Shown: positions 8,563-19,260 of the stretch, in pieces
How positions within the stretch are numbered: position 1 is the first letter of the stretch
How the letters are laid out: every line of letters begins with the position of its first letter
Virus record (IMG/VR): IMGVR_UViG_3300020047_006293
Length of the DNA stretch: 64,000 bases
DNA from: an uncultured virus (IMG/VR IMGVR_UViG_3300020047_006293)
Lineage: Duplodnaviria > Heunggongvirae > Uroviricota > Caudoviricetes
Direction: 5' to 3' (one strand)
Program-made: the position numbers and the translations under genes
The notes under the pieces: model-generated
Told to the model about the DNA's origin: nothing
Seen by the model: the letters and a program-made list of their open reading frames with translations, nothing else
Databases searched by the model: none

Positions 8563-10457
8563 GACTATCATTCAAAACAGTTATGACGCGCTTCGACAAG
8601 TTTAGCGAAAGAAAGTATCGCTGGCTATTGGTTAACCGTAAACCTCGCTACTTGGATAGTGCTGGCTGGTTGCAAACTAGGCGTGAGTTTCATCCACTTG
8701 AATACTTCAGGACAAAGGCAGAAGCCCTACGGTACATCGAAAACGAAGTGCCTAAGTCAGAGCGCAAAGATTGGATGCTTTATGAAGGTCGAACTGTTAC
8801 TACCCATCCAAAGGAGACCCCATGAGTACCGACAAAGATGAGCTGATCAAGATACTTTCACCCTTACTCGAAGACGGCATTACGGCTGGAGAGATGAGAA
8901 AAAAGATACTTGAAGTTTCCGCCCTCATATCCCAAAGAGAGCAAGCAGCCAGGGTGGATGAGATTATGGCTATGAAAAAGTATATGATAAGTAACTCGCC
9001 ATTCATTTCAGAAATAATCGAGCCTCGCCTAGCCGAACTCAAAGCCCTTACACCCCCTAAAGAAAGCGAGAAGAGCCATGAGTAAACCAACCACCGACAT
9101 CATCCAAAAGCTATACGACATCACCCCGAGTATCAGTGTCGATGAGTTTAGGGCTGTCATAGAGCTTTATGCTGAGACTGCCTATGAGCGCGGAAAACGT
9201 ATCGGCGCTCTGCAATTACAAGTCGAGAATATGGATAGAGAGCTGCTTACCCCTAAACGAAAGGATAAAGTATGAGTAAACTACCAAAATCACTCATCGT
9301 TGACGAGCGAACAGATACGCACTTCTTTGGTCACTATAAGGGAGCGGCCATCCAGGTTGATCTAAATGACGATGAAGACAACTATTACATCCTCGTGTGG
9401 GACAAGTCCGGCGTGCTCAATTATGACGGATGGGCTGGCGATAACATCCAAACTATGGACGAGGCAATACTAGAGGCGATCTCTGGGGCAATGCTATGAC
9501 TAACCTACTGTGCAAACTAGGACTCCATAAACTAGAGACGAGCTATGGATGGCATGACAGTCCAAACTTCTGTACTCGCTGTGGGGTCGGCCATGACTAA
9601 CGCACCAGACAAAGAGCTCATCAGCTTCTTTGAAAGTATCGGGTTTCGGTACAACGACTACAAATACTATAAAAACTTCACTATGAATGAGGGTACTTGT
9701 GAGCTGACTGTTGATGGAGCTATAAGGGTGAAACAAGCCCTCACAACCCTCTCAGAAAAGCGAGCAAGTGAAGCAGTCCAAGCCTTCGGGGAGAAGGTGC
9801 TGAAAGAGCAGGAAGAGGTAACGAGAGGTGTTCCTGGCAAGAAATACGCTGGATATAGAGATTCGGCCGTTCCTGTATCAGCTATAACCTCACTTATGGA
9901 GAAGGAACTATGAGCTATATAGTATGGGATAATGGCGAGCCAAGAAGCTTCAGAACCGCAAAGGCGGCGTGGGGGTATATTATGCCAGTTTTGAGAGAAA
10001 ACCCTGTATTGAAGTTCATGGGTTTTCGAGACACCAAGGTAAACGCCATAAATAACAAGGTCGGCATTCTAAGAGATTTCGACACCATAAAACCTTGGGT
10101 AAATGCGCCTCCATATATGCAACCAGGAGACTCAAAATGACTAACGATAACCAAACACTCAGGGAGCTAAAGCGTATCGTCCGTCCCTACATCCTTGATG
10201 CAGCACAGCCACGGGAGGTTGACCTTGACTACCCCGTAGACGGAAAAACGCACATGCTCTCAGAAGAACTCATGCAAGCCATCACCGCTGATCGAGAAAG
10301 GGCAGTGAGGGAAGCGTACGAAGAGGGCGTGCAACATGAACGTGGTCGATTCATGAAAGCTATGCACAATAAGGGAGTACTAAACAAAAAGGGCGAGGCC
10401 GTGTATCAGAGAGATTTTTCTGAGCTTCAGTCTAAAGAGGAACAGAAACACGTATGA
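7765..10457 (+). other. Cluster of about ten small, translationally coupled hypothetical early genes
   Basis: Consecutive + strand ORFs with ATGA overlaps and RBSs. Confidence 0.75.
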
Positions 10458-10810
10458 AAGAGGTGACTATAGCTTTCGACTGTGACGGAACGCTACTCAA
10501 CAATACAAAGCAGCAAATGGTTGCCAACGAACGCATACGCTCACTGCTGATCGGCCTATCTAGTTTCAAGAACACGAAGATTGTTGTTTGGAGCGGGGGT
10601 GGCGAGGTTTACGCCCACCAGGTCGCGGCTGCACTAGGTATCAGCTCGTACGTGGACGAATACGCGGGTAAGAACCCCCAACGCACCGTAGGCGTTACTG
10701 AGACAGCCACACGACATGTATTTAAGCCAGACATCGAGCCAGACATAGCTATCGACGACATCCAAGATTGTGACCTCGGCAAACTAAATCTGATCGTGCG
10801 TGAGAAGTAG
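10454..10810 (+). CDS. HAD-superfamily phosphatase-like protein
   Basis: IAFDCDGTL motif I, VWSGGG, KPD and IDD. Confidence 0.75.
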   Translation: MKEVTIAFDCDGTLLNNTKQQMVANERIRSLLIGLSSFKNTKIVVWSGGGEVYAHQVAAALGISSYVDEYAGKNPQRTVGVTETATRHVFKPDIEPDIAIDDIQDCDLGKLNLIVREK

Positions 10811-10812
10811 TC

Positions 10813-10959
10813 ATGACCTCTGAGCTACCCGAAGGCGTCTTTGATGCAGAAGCCTACTGGCAGCATCAGCTAGAGGTAGCAGAGAGAGCCGCTGAGGTGG
10901 CGAGACGGAACTTGGCGGCGTTGGCGATGAGGGTAACAGAGGTAAAATCTAAGGATTAG
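10813..10959 (+). CDS. Small conserved helical protein (48 aa); homolog at 53852..53986
   Basis: Shared YWQxxLExAExAAxxAR motif. Confidence 0.6.
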   Translation: MTSELPEGVFDAEAYWQHQLEVAERAAEVARRNLAALAMRVTEVKSKD

Positions 10960-10999
10960 TTGTATAGAACATTACAACGCTACATGATATTATTAGAAC

Positions 11000-11413
11000 A
11001 TGAATGAACAGCGTCAACCGCTAACTCCTAAAGAGATAAAACTCGTCAAAGGGATTGCAGAGGGCAAGACGAAACAAGCCGCTGCCATGGCTGCCTACGA
11101 TGCTAGTACTCCTGAGTCTGCCTCATCGATAGCTAGCCAGACATTAAAAAAACTAAATGTGCAAGAGGCACTAGCTGAGGCATTTGCTGCACACGGCATA
11201 ACAATAGATGCTGCAACTAAGCCGATAGCCGATGGGTTAAAAGCTACTCGTAACACTGGTGGCGAAGATGGATTTGAGGTAGCAGATCATTCCGTTCGTC
11301 TCAAAGCATCTGGCATGGCGTTTAATCTTATGGGAGTAGGTAGGCAAACAGGTGATGTTACGATCAACTTTGTCAATCAGGCCGTGCAGCAACGCGGGGA
11401 GTATGAGATATGA
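11000..11413 (+). CDS. terS: Terminase small subunit
   Basis: LTPKE...AAMAAY...ASQTL HTH pattern; position upstream of TerL. Confidence 0.7.
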   Translation: MNEQRQPLTPKEIKLVKGIAEGKTKQAAAMAAYDASTPESASSIASQTLKKLNVQEALAEAFAAHGITIDAATKPIADGLKATRNTGGEDGFEVADHSVRLKASGMAFNLMGVGRQTGDVTINFVNQAVQQRGEYEI

Positions 11414-11522
11414 TAGTTAACAGGGGTGACTATGGTATAACATGTTTTTTGTCAAATACCTCTGTTGATGGAGTCTTTTTAGTGCCAGATTTTTCGACTT
11501 TATACATACTAGGACATAATTC

Positions 11523-12410
11523 GTGTCAAATCTAGCCCAATACCCCAACCCGCTCATGAACGCTCCGATACGCGTTGACACTGGTTTCAAGTCAGACAAC
11601 TATGAGCGCTTCATGTCCGAGAATCTAAAGATTATCGACAAAGACAAACAGCCAGTCCCATTCAACGTCAACCCAGCACAACAATCACTCAATGACTACA
11701 TGGAAATGTGCTACGACATCCTCGTTCTCAAAGCACGCAAGATGGGGTTCAGCTCGGACGCGTTAGGGATAGCAGTTACTAAGTTCCTACTCGGCCGCAA
11801 CGAGAAGTGTGTGTCTATGTCATTTGACCAGACTGCATCGGAAAAACAACTCAACCGTGCCAAGTACTACATCAAGAGCTACGAGGCTATAAACAACGTC
11901 AAAGTCCCACTAAAATACAACTCAAAGAATCAGATGGTATGGGAGGGCGTAGATGAGAATGGTGAGCACTTTACTAACATCCTCCAGGTTGGGTCAGCGC
12001 GTAATACCTCATTTGGCCGTGGTGATGACATCACGTTCCTCCACTTGACTGAGGTATCACTCGCCGATGTATACGAACTGATGGCTGGTGTTGGTGAGGC
12101 ATGTCTCCCGGGGGCGCATAAGATCCTAGAGACAACCGCTGCTGGGTTCAACACCTACAAGTCATACTGGGATGAGTCTATGCTCGGGATCACTGGATTT
12201 GCTAACCTGTTCTACTCTCCGCTGTGGGAATATACCCAAGAGTACGTTGATGAAAAACTAGGCAAACTAGGCCGTCTGGGCATGCAAGAGTACCCAATGA
12301 CGCCAGAGGAGGCATTCGTTACCAGTGGTCTGACATTCTTCGAGAACTACTCATTGATCAAGATGCTCAATGGCGTTAAGGCATGGGAGGCCAACCATGC
12401 TACCGTCTAA
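11523..12410 (+). CDS. Terminase large subunit, ATPase half
   Basis: LKARKMGFS Walker A, LHLTE Walker B, ETTA motif. Confidence 0.85.
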   Translation: MSNLAQYPNPLMNAPIRVDTGFKSDNYERFMSENLKIIDKDKQPVPFNVNPAQQSLNDYMEMCYDILVLKARKMGFSSDALGIAVTKFLLGRNEKCVSMSFDQTASEKQLNRAKYYIKSYEAINNVKVPLKYNSKNQMVWEGVDENGEHFTNILQVGSARNTSFGRGDDITFLHLTEVSLADVYELMAGVGEACLPGAHKILETTAAGFNTYKSYWDESMLGITGFANLFYSPLWEYTQEYVDEKLGKLGRLGMQEYPMTPEEAFVTSGLTFFENYSLIKMLNGVKAWEANHATV

Positions 12411-13071
12411 GGACTTTAAAACATTCAGGGCGTTGCGGCGCGGTGAGTTCTTCGTTGCTGGGGTAGACCCATCACACGGCGGCGGAGATAATACGGCCGG
12501 TCAGTTCATATCCCAGAAGTGGCTCGATGTACCGATGGTGTATCACTCACCCATGACGATCACTCACGCTACCCCTATGCTCGACAAAGCCATGAACTAC
12601 ATATCTACCGAGACTGGTGTCACGCCTGTGATTAGCTATGAGACTAATAATGGTGGTGACTTCGAGCTAGAGCGCCTAGGTAGACTAAATAGGTACGGGA
12701 TGTATCGTATAGCCACGGAGAAGCGAATTGACCCAACTGGTCGGCTGGTTGATACTGGTAAGATAGGCTGGAATACTAACACGGGTACACGGCCGAAGAT
12801 GCTCCGTGAGCTAAAAGAGGCCGTCGAGGGTGAGCTGATTCATATATACCATCGCCAGACGATAGATGAGATGTTCAGCTTTATCATTAACCAGGCAACA
12901 GGTAAGCCAGAAGCCGAGACCAACGCACATGATGATCTAGTCATGAGCCTCGCTATAGCTTGGCAGATGCAACAAACAGAAACCCCAATGATCGAACAAG
13001 GAGGTGGAGTAGTGGAAACAGACGAAGGACAACAGTTCTATAAAGACCCAGGCGTGGTGGTGGTTGGGTGA
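12397..13071 (+). CDS. Terminase large subunit, RNase H-like nuclease half
   Basis: GVDPSHGGGD, YETNNGG and HDDLVMSLAIA; own GGAGG RBS. Confidence 0.85.
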   Translation: MLPSKDFKTFRALRRGEFFVAGVDPSHGGGDNTAGQFISQKWLDVPMVYHSPMTITHATPMLDKAMNYISTETGVTPVISYETNNGGDFELERLGRLNRYGMYRIATEKRIDPTGRLVDTGKIGWNTNTGTRPKMLRELKEAVEGELIHIYHRQTIDEMFSFIINQATGKPEAETNAHDDLVMSLAIAWQMQQTETPMIEQGGGVVETDEGQQFYKDPGVVVVG

Positions 13072-13325
13072 TGAACGACAATACCCAGATACGAACGCCA
13101 TATCATACGATGCCGATCACGATGGCGTTGAAGTCGATTGACCGGAAAGTATACCGCGATGTGTACTGCATTGAGTGTGGCCACCCATTCCTATCTATGT
13201 CAGATAAGTACGTGTCAATTATCGACGCTGCAATCTCTGTCCAGATTCTAAGAGGTGGTGAGCGTATGCTAGGTGTTCGTTGCAATTCTCACTACTGCAA
13301 ACAGAGATACAACGTCTACGTGTGA
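13068..13325 (+). CDS. Zinc-finger protein
   Basis: CIECG and CNSHYC. Confidence 0.55.
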   Translation: MMNDNTQIRTPYHTMPITMALKSIDRKVYRDVYCIECGHPFLSMSDKYVSIIDAAISVQILRGGERMLGVRCNSHYCKQRYNVYV

Positions 13326-13360
13326 TAAAATAAGAGTAACTAAATAAGGAGATACAGCGC

Positions 13361-13684
13361 ATGCCGCTAAAGACCAAACCCCTCAACAACAACGTGTTAA
13401 TCGAGGTCATGAGAGATGACGATGGGGTGTCTCGCAGTGACGCAAATGAGTCTATGAAGTTCGGAAAACTTATAGCTGCATCGGTCAGTTCATACCACCT
13501 AACAGCCTCTGCATTTGGTGAAATTGAACAACCCTTCCGTGAGTTCCTACAAACAGTTCTGACAGCAGGCTCTGTCGTTCGCTGGGAAGAGTACGCCGAA
13601 GGTGGCCAAACATTTCAAGAGGACGGCAAGACATACGCACTCATACCATGGTGGAGACTAATATCAATTGAGAAGGCAAAGTAA
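13361..13684 (+). CDS. GroES-like co-chaperonin
   Basis: KPLNNNVLIE N-terminus, DGKTYALI C-terminus; lies upstream of GroEL. Confidence 0.65.
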   Translation: MPLKTKPLNNNVLIEVMRDDDGVSRSDANESMKFGKLIAASVSSYHLTASAFGEIEQPFREFLQTVLTAGSVVRWEEYAEGGQTFQEDGKTYALIPWWRLISIEKAK

Positions 13685-13920
13685 TGGCTAAGGATACAAA
13701 ACCAACCGAGAAGCAGTTTTCGCTCAAGAATACTGAACTAAACCTGATCGGTAACATCAACCGACGACGGGATCAAGCTATCCTAGACGTATTTAGCTAC
13801 ATTGCTATCGAACGCCTAGCATATAACGTTACTGAACACACTCAGTTCCGCACTGACGAGAAGGGTGATCTATATATCTCTGAAATAGAGCCTACCCCTG
13901 AAGAAGTGGAGGTAGCGTAA
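13684..13920 (+). CDS. Hypothetical protein between groES and groEL
   Basis: Coupled ORF with TAATG overlaps at both ends. Confidence 0.6.
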   Translation: MAKDTKPTEKQFSLKNTELNLIGNINRRRDQAILDVFSYIAIERLAYNVTEHTQFRTDEKGDLYISEIEPTPEEVEVA

Positions 13921-15482
13921 TGAACCTACCAAAACGTGAGATCAAAAACATTACCTCTGGTGATGAGGCACGAACTAAGCTACTACACGGTGTAGAGACG
14001 ATCTACGCTGCAGTTAGCTCAACGTATGGGCCAGCTGGTAACAACGTAATACTCGGCATGCCTTATGGTGACTCAACCCTCACGCGTGACGGCGTAACCG
14101 TCGCTAAAAGGGTTATTCTCAAAGATCGTGCCGAGGACAATGCAGTCCAGATCATTCGTCAGGCTAGTGAGAAGACCAACAAGACAGCGGGTGATGGTAC
14201 AACCGCGACTGTCGTCCTGGCTCGTAACCTAGTTAAAGATGGCTACCGACTGATCGCAGCTGGTGAAAATGGTATGTTGCTCAAGAAGCAGATCGCGGCC
14301 GATAGCATAAAGGTGATCGACTTCCTCAAGGATAAATCAGAGGACGCAGAGGGCCACCTGCTAGACGTTGCTACCGTATCAGCTGGCGACCCTGCCATTG
14401 GTGCGCTTGTCAAAGACACCCTGGAGGACATCGGGCAGAACGGTGGTATTACCATTCGTGAGCAAGACTACCCGACTGTTGACGTCGAGAAGATCGGTGG
14501 CTACTACTTCGACAAGGGCTTCTTTGCCCTCAACCAGAAGATAGACCTACCTAACCCACTGATATTCGTCGCTGGCAAGAACATAGCTAGCAACGATGAA
14601 ATGATCCCCCTCCTCAGCCATGTCATTAACAGTGACAACAAGAACCTTGTCATCATTGGTGATGTACGCATGAACTCAGATGCCATGAACACCCTACTTC
14701 GTAACGTCCTAGAGGGTAAGCTGAACGCTGCAGTCGTACCACCACCAGCATTCAACAACGAGGGGCTTCTGTTTATGCAGGACATTGCGACCTACGTTGG
14801 CGCAAAGCTATTTACTGAAGGTGATGATCCAAAGGCTATCAAGGGCGGGCTTGAGTACTTTGGTACGGCAGAACGTGTTGTGGTTACCCAGGACGACGCT
14901 ATCATATTCAAAGGTGCTGGCTCTACTGAGGACATTGAAGTTCGTATCGCTGAGATCGAAGCACAGATCAAGGCTGAGAAGAGCGCACACCGCAAAGACC
15001 AGCTAGAGCAGCGTCTCGCCAAACTAACCGGCAAGATTGCTATCATCAACGTCGGTGGTTCAACCCCTACCGAGATGGAGGAGCTGCGCTACCGCGTCGA
15101 GGACTCTATAGAGGCTACTAAGTCAGCTATGGCAGATGGTGTGCTCCCTGGTGGTGCTACCATGTTGGTTAAAGCTGCAGCCCTCGACATATCACCGATG
15201 TTCAAGAACGCCCTCCTAGATACATTCCGCAAACTGATGTCTAACGCTGCCGAGAACGCTGAGAAGCGCCTAGGACAAGTGCAAGACGCTGAGTATGGGT
15301 TTGGGTTCAACCTACGTGCGATGACTGACCAGCCTATCGATCTACGTGAGTCTGGGGTATGGGACGCGACACGCGCTGTTACGCAGACCGTAGAGAATGC
15401 TACGAGTGCCGCAGGATCACTATTAACTGTTGGGGTGATCGTTGACCCTATCGACCAGGAGGAAGACGATGAGAACTCCTAA
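13920..15482 (+). CDS. groEL: Chaperonin GroEL (Cpn60), phage-encoded
   Basis: TYGPAG, TRDGVTVAK, AGDGTTAT, RVEDSIEATKSA and GVLPGG. Confidence 0.95.
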   Translation: MNLPKREIKNITSGDEARTKLLHGVETIYAAVSSTYGPAGNNVILGMPYGDSTLTRDGVTVAKRVILKDRAEDNAVQIIRQASEKTNKTAGDGTTATVVLARNLVKDGYRLIAAGENGMLLKKQIAADSIKVIDFLKDKSEDAEGHLLDVATVSAGDPAIGALVKDTLEDIGQNGGITIREQDYPTVDVEKIGGYYFDKGFFALNQKIDLPNPLIFVAGKNIASNDEMIPLLSHVINSDNKNLVIIGDVRMNSDAMNTLLRNVLEGKLNAAVVPPPAFNNEGLLFMQDIATYVGAKLFTEGDDPKAIKGGLEYFGTAERVVVTQDDAIIFKGAGSTEDIEVRIAEIEAQIKAEKSAHRKDQLEQRLAKLTGKIAIINVGGSTPTEMEELRYRVEDSIEATKSAMADGVLPGGATMLVKAAALDISPMFKNALLDTFRKLMSNAAENAEKRLGQVQDAEYGFGFNLRAMTDQPIDLRESGVWDATRAVTQTVENATSAAGSLLTVGVIVDPIDQEEDDENS

Positions 15483-15824
15483 GAAATGGCTTCAGGACTG
15501 GTTGGGACTCACGTCTCTCGCCAAGAAGGTAGCAGAGATAGACGCATGGCGACACCCTATGTCGTATAAAAGCGATTCACTTAAAGGTGTATCTATAGAA
15601 GTGCGTAATGAAGTTCCAGAGGGTGAAGCGTATCTTATAAGTGAAAAAGACCTGATGATAGTGAAGGGTTATGACAAGCCTTAACGAGGAACTGCTATCG
15701 GACGACCCCGACTCACTGGCTATCGAGGCCGATGAGGACAGTTACTATACTCCATCGCCCGACGAGGACAGCGGGGTCGTCACCATAGAACCAGACATAA
15801 TAACTATAGGTAGGAAAATGCGCC

Positions 15825-16109
15825 GTGACTCTTTGCGAGATATGCAACAAAAATCAAGCTAGTATGGGTGCTATCCTCAAAGGCATTTTCTACAAGAACA
15901 TTTGTGGTGATTGTATGAACACTAACTCGTTCGTCAGCTCGGGCCATGCCAGGTGGTCTAGGACGCTCGACGGTGAAGACAACGAGGCAGCTATCCAGCA
16001 ACCATATCAGTCGGACGGAACACCCAACCCGAAGTTCACTAAACTGTACCCAAAGCAAGCTGCAGAACTATTTACACCTAAACAGATACGCGACGCAAAT
16101 CGTAACTGA
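15825..16109 (+). CDS. Zn-binding hypothetical protein
   Basis: CEIC and CGDC. Confidence 0.45.
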   Translation: MTLCEICNKNQASMGAILKGIFYKNICGDCMNTNSFVSSGHARWSRTLDGEDNEAAIQQPYQSDGTPNPKFTKLYPKQAAELFTPKQIRDANRN

Positions 16110-16201
16110 CATCTGGTATATCTAACCAAATGGGTGTTATACTGTAGGTAACAGCTCCACAGCTCACTTCTATTAAAGTGTGTAAGGAGCTTTTTTGAAT
16201 T

Positions 16202-18181
16202 ATGAATAAAGACGACACTATATTTTACGGCGGAATCGATGACAGCGTGTTTCTTAGCGCGGTCAAGCGCCGTCATGAGGAAGCTGAAAGTCACTGGAAC
16301 ACTAAGCCATATGACTTAAAGAAAGTCCGTGAACGCAACAACCGTGAGTACCTAGGCACCTACCTAGATGACAAGCTGATCGATGAACGCTACCAAGAGT
16401 ACTACCAGGACAACCGCCAGTTCACCTCAGTTCGCAGCATTGTGCCATTCCTGACAGCTCGCGTAACAGCCCCAGAGGTTACCCCATCTAACGGTAATGA
16501 CCTTAGTATCCAGTTTGCTCATGACTTTGAGGAGGTGCTACTGAGGCACGCCGAGGATCAACAAGCTAAATCCCTTGTCCGCCTCGCCGTGCAAGACGTT
16601 CTACGTGGTGAGCGCGTCGGTATACTCAAGTGGCGCTACGATGCCTCCCTAGATGACGTCATACTAGAGCATGTACCGGCTGACTCAGTAATCATCGGTA
16701 AACGTGCTCGTCAATTCGAGGAGCCTGATTACGTCTGTCACACAATAGAAAAGTCTGTTGCTGACATACTGCGTATGTTCCCTGACAATGCCGACAAGAT
16801 TAAAAAGGTATTTGGTATTAGTCGAGGTACACCGTCACAGCTTGAAAAAGTCTACAAGATACGTGAAGAGTGGCTATGGATGGACGCCGAGGGGAAGCGC
16901 CAGCTATGTGTAGGCTGGAGATGGCAGAACTGTTTGTTTGGTAAGATCACCGATCCTAACTGGAGCGAAAAGGGGAAGAACGTCATCAAACGACAGATGA
17001 TACCGTTCGTGTTCTTTAACTTCTTAAATGATGGCTCAGGCTGGGTAGACCAGACAGCTTTCATAGAACAGGCACACTGGCTTCAGTCTAACTACAATAA
17101 ACGTGGTCAGACAATCGCCGAGAACGCAAAATATGGTGGTACTGGTGTTCCTATCTTCGCTAAAGGTGCAATTGCTCAGAAGGATGTTGCTAAGATACGG
17201 TTCAGCCCTATCCAGCGTGTTCTTCTTGATTCCCCTGATGTCAGCAAGGCATTTACCGTCTGGCAGTCAACGCCGTTGCCACAGTACATCGTTGAAGACA
17301 AGTACGATGACCGCAACTCTATAGATAACGTATGGGGAACGCCAAACATCTTCCGCGGCGAGCAGTCAAAGAACAACACTCTAGGGCAGGACGTTATAGT
17401 CCGCGACCAGGCTGAGGGCCGTCTCGGTGACCCTGTAGACTGTATCGACGCATCAATGACTCGCTTCTACCAACTAGAGGCACAGATGCTCTACCGCTAC
17501 TTCGACGAGAAGAAATACTACAACTACATCGGTAACGATGGTAAGTTTGTATCTGTTGCTATCGACCAGGCTGATATAGCCAAAAACCTTGGCATAAAGA
17601 TCAACGTCAAAGCTGGTACATCGCTACCAATCGACCGTGCTCAAAAACGTGCGACCATTATGGAGCTTCTAAAGATAGGTAAGGTTGGAACACTCGCAGC
17701 CTACAAAGAACTTGGTGTATTTGAAGACCCAGAGGCAGCCTACAAAGAGTTTGTACTTGAACAACTCGACCCGATCAAGTCTCTGCAAGATGTCGATAAA
17801 CAAGTATTCAGCCGTGAAGCTAACGAGGATCTGCAACTGGTTATCGGCGGTAAAGTACCTGAAGAACGCGAAGACATTGGCCCTGAGTACATCGCCTACC
17901 TGAATGAGTGGCTACTGACTGACAAATATATGCTACTCCAGACTGATAAGCCTGAAGCTGCTGCACGCGTATCTGTGTTCATTGACGACGTGATCGCTAA
18001 AGCAGACCGCAAGGCCGCTAAACTGCAAATGCAGCCAGCCCCTGATGCCGGTTCAATCCCACCTGAAGTTCAGCAAATGGTAGACGCCCAGTCTGGCGCT
18101 ACACCTGGACAGCCAGGCGCACCAGCTCAGGCTCCTATGGCACCTCCACCTAGCGCTCCACCAGCTCCCGTAGTACAATAG
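16202..18181 (+). CDS. Portal protein
   Basis: 659 aa, between terminase and scaffold, Pro/Gln-rich tail, P22-like portal patterns. Confidence 0.8.
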   Translation: MNKDDTIFYGGIDDSVFLSAVKRRHEEAESHWNTKPYDLKKVRERNNREYLGTYLDDKLIDERYQEYYQDNRQFTSVRSIVPFLTARVTAPEVTPSNGNDLSIQFAHDFEEVLLRHAEDQQAKSLVRLAVQDVLRGERVGILKWRYDASLDDVILEHVPADSVIIGKRARQFEEPDYVCHTIEKSVADILRMFPDNADKIKKVFGISRGTPSQLEKVYKIREEWLWMDAEGKRQLCVGWRWQNCLFGKITDPNWSEKGKNVIKRQMIPFVFFNFLNDGSGWVDQTAFIEQAHWLQSNYNKRGQTIAENAKYGGTGVPIFAKGAIAQKDVAKIRFSPIQRVLLDSPDVSKAFTVWQSTPLPQYIVEDKYDDRNSIDNVWGTPNIFRGEQSKNNTLGQDVIVRDQAEGRLGDPVDCIDASMTRFYQLEAQMLYRYFDEKKYYNYIGNDGKFVSVAIDQADIAKNLGIKINVKAGTSLPIDRAQKRATIMELLKIGKVGTLAAYKELGVFEDPEAAYKEFVLEQLDPIKSLQDVDKQVFSREANEDLQLVIGGKVPEEREDIGPEYIAYLNEWLLTDKYMLLQTDKPEAAARVSVFIDDVIAKADRKAAKLQMQPAPDAGSIPPEVQQMVDAQSGATPGQPGAPAQAPMAPPPSAPPAPVVQ

Positions 18182-18204
18182 TAGTAACTAATTAAAGGAC
18201 TCAT

Positions 18205-19164
18205 ATGGAAAAAGACGGCTTACCAGCTACACCAGATGACACTGCTGCACCAGCAGACGACAAACCAACGTATGCAACTGAGAATGATCTCGACTTCGAG
18301 ATGACACCTGAACAGGAACAATCATTTATCAACGAACAGTTAGGAATTATAGATGAGCCTATACAAGCAGAAACACCTAAAGCGGATGAACAAGCTACAC
18401 CAGCCGGGGATAACGATGCCGCCGATGATGAAGAACCTGAAAAAGAGGCTCCTGCGCCAGTTCCAGAAGCGAAAGCGACAGATGAAGAAGATAAGCCAAA
18501 GGCTCCAGAGGTAGCAGAACCCGAGACACCTGACGAGATCAAGACTGATGACCTATTTATAGAGGTTGATAAGGTAACTGTAGATGATGATGGGGTCGCT
18601 ACTACTGAGAAGATCAAGCTAGTATTTAATCCTAACGATCCAAAGTCGTTCATACCAGACGATTTCAAGTTCAAGAATGATAAGCAACTGGCTGACATCC
18701 TAGAGGCCAAACAGGAAATGGTTGACCTATATAAGACGCGTCAGGGTGAACTAGAAACAAAACAGGCTGAGAAGGCCAAGCAGGACGCTGAGACGCAGCA
18801 GATAGCTACTTGGAATGCTGAGGTGCAGGATCTAGTAGACGCTGGGGTTATCGAAGCTCCAAAAGGTAAAGAGGGTGACCCTGGGTATGACCTGATCGAC
18901 TCAGTCTACAAGTTTATGACCGAAGAGAACAAAGCTCGTATCGAATCAGGCAAACCAGTTATACAGTCATTTGGTACAGCATTTACTATGTTCTCTAAAA
19001 TAGAGGCTGACAAAGCTGCTGCAGACGAAGTGAAGAAGGACAACGACGACGCTAAGAAGAAGGGCGCGTTAGTTGGCGGATCAAGTGCGGCATCAGCAAC
19101 AGCAGACACGTCATATGTTGCTGGTTCTCACGGTAATATCTGGGACATACCTATAGAAGATTAG
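18205..19164 (+). CDS. Scaffolding protein
   Basis: Acidic low-complexity N-terminus and coiled coil; directly before the capsid gene. Confidence 0.7.
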   Translation: MEKDGLPATPDDTAAPADDKPTYATENDLDFEMTPEQEQSFINEQLGIIDEPIQAETPKADEQATPAGDNDAADDEEPEKEAPAPVPEAKATDEEDKPKAPEVAEPETPDEIKTDDLFIEVDKVTVDDDGVATTEKIKLVFNPNDPKSFIPDDFKFKNDKQLADILEAKQEMVDLYKTRQGELETKQAEKAKQDAETQQIATWNAEVQDLVDAGVIEAPKGKEGDPGYDLIDSVYKFMTEENKARIESGKPVIQSFGTAFTMFSKIEADKAAADEVKKDNDDAKKKGALVGGSSAASATADTSYVAGSHGNIWDIPIED

Positions 19165-19260
19165 TCTTGATTTTTAGCACAAAACGTGATTAAATCCTAG
19201 CAATAGCTCTTCGGCTTTCCGAGGGGCTTTTTGTTTTATAAAAAGTAAGGAGATAAAGTC

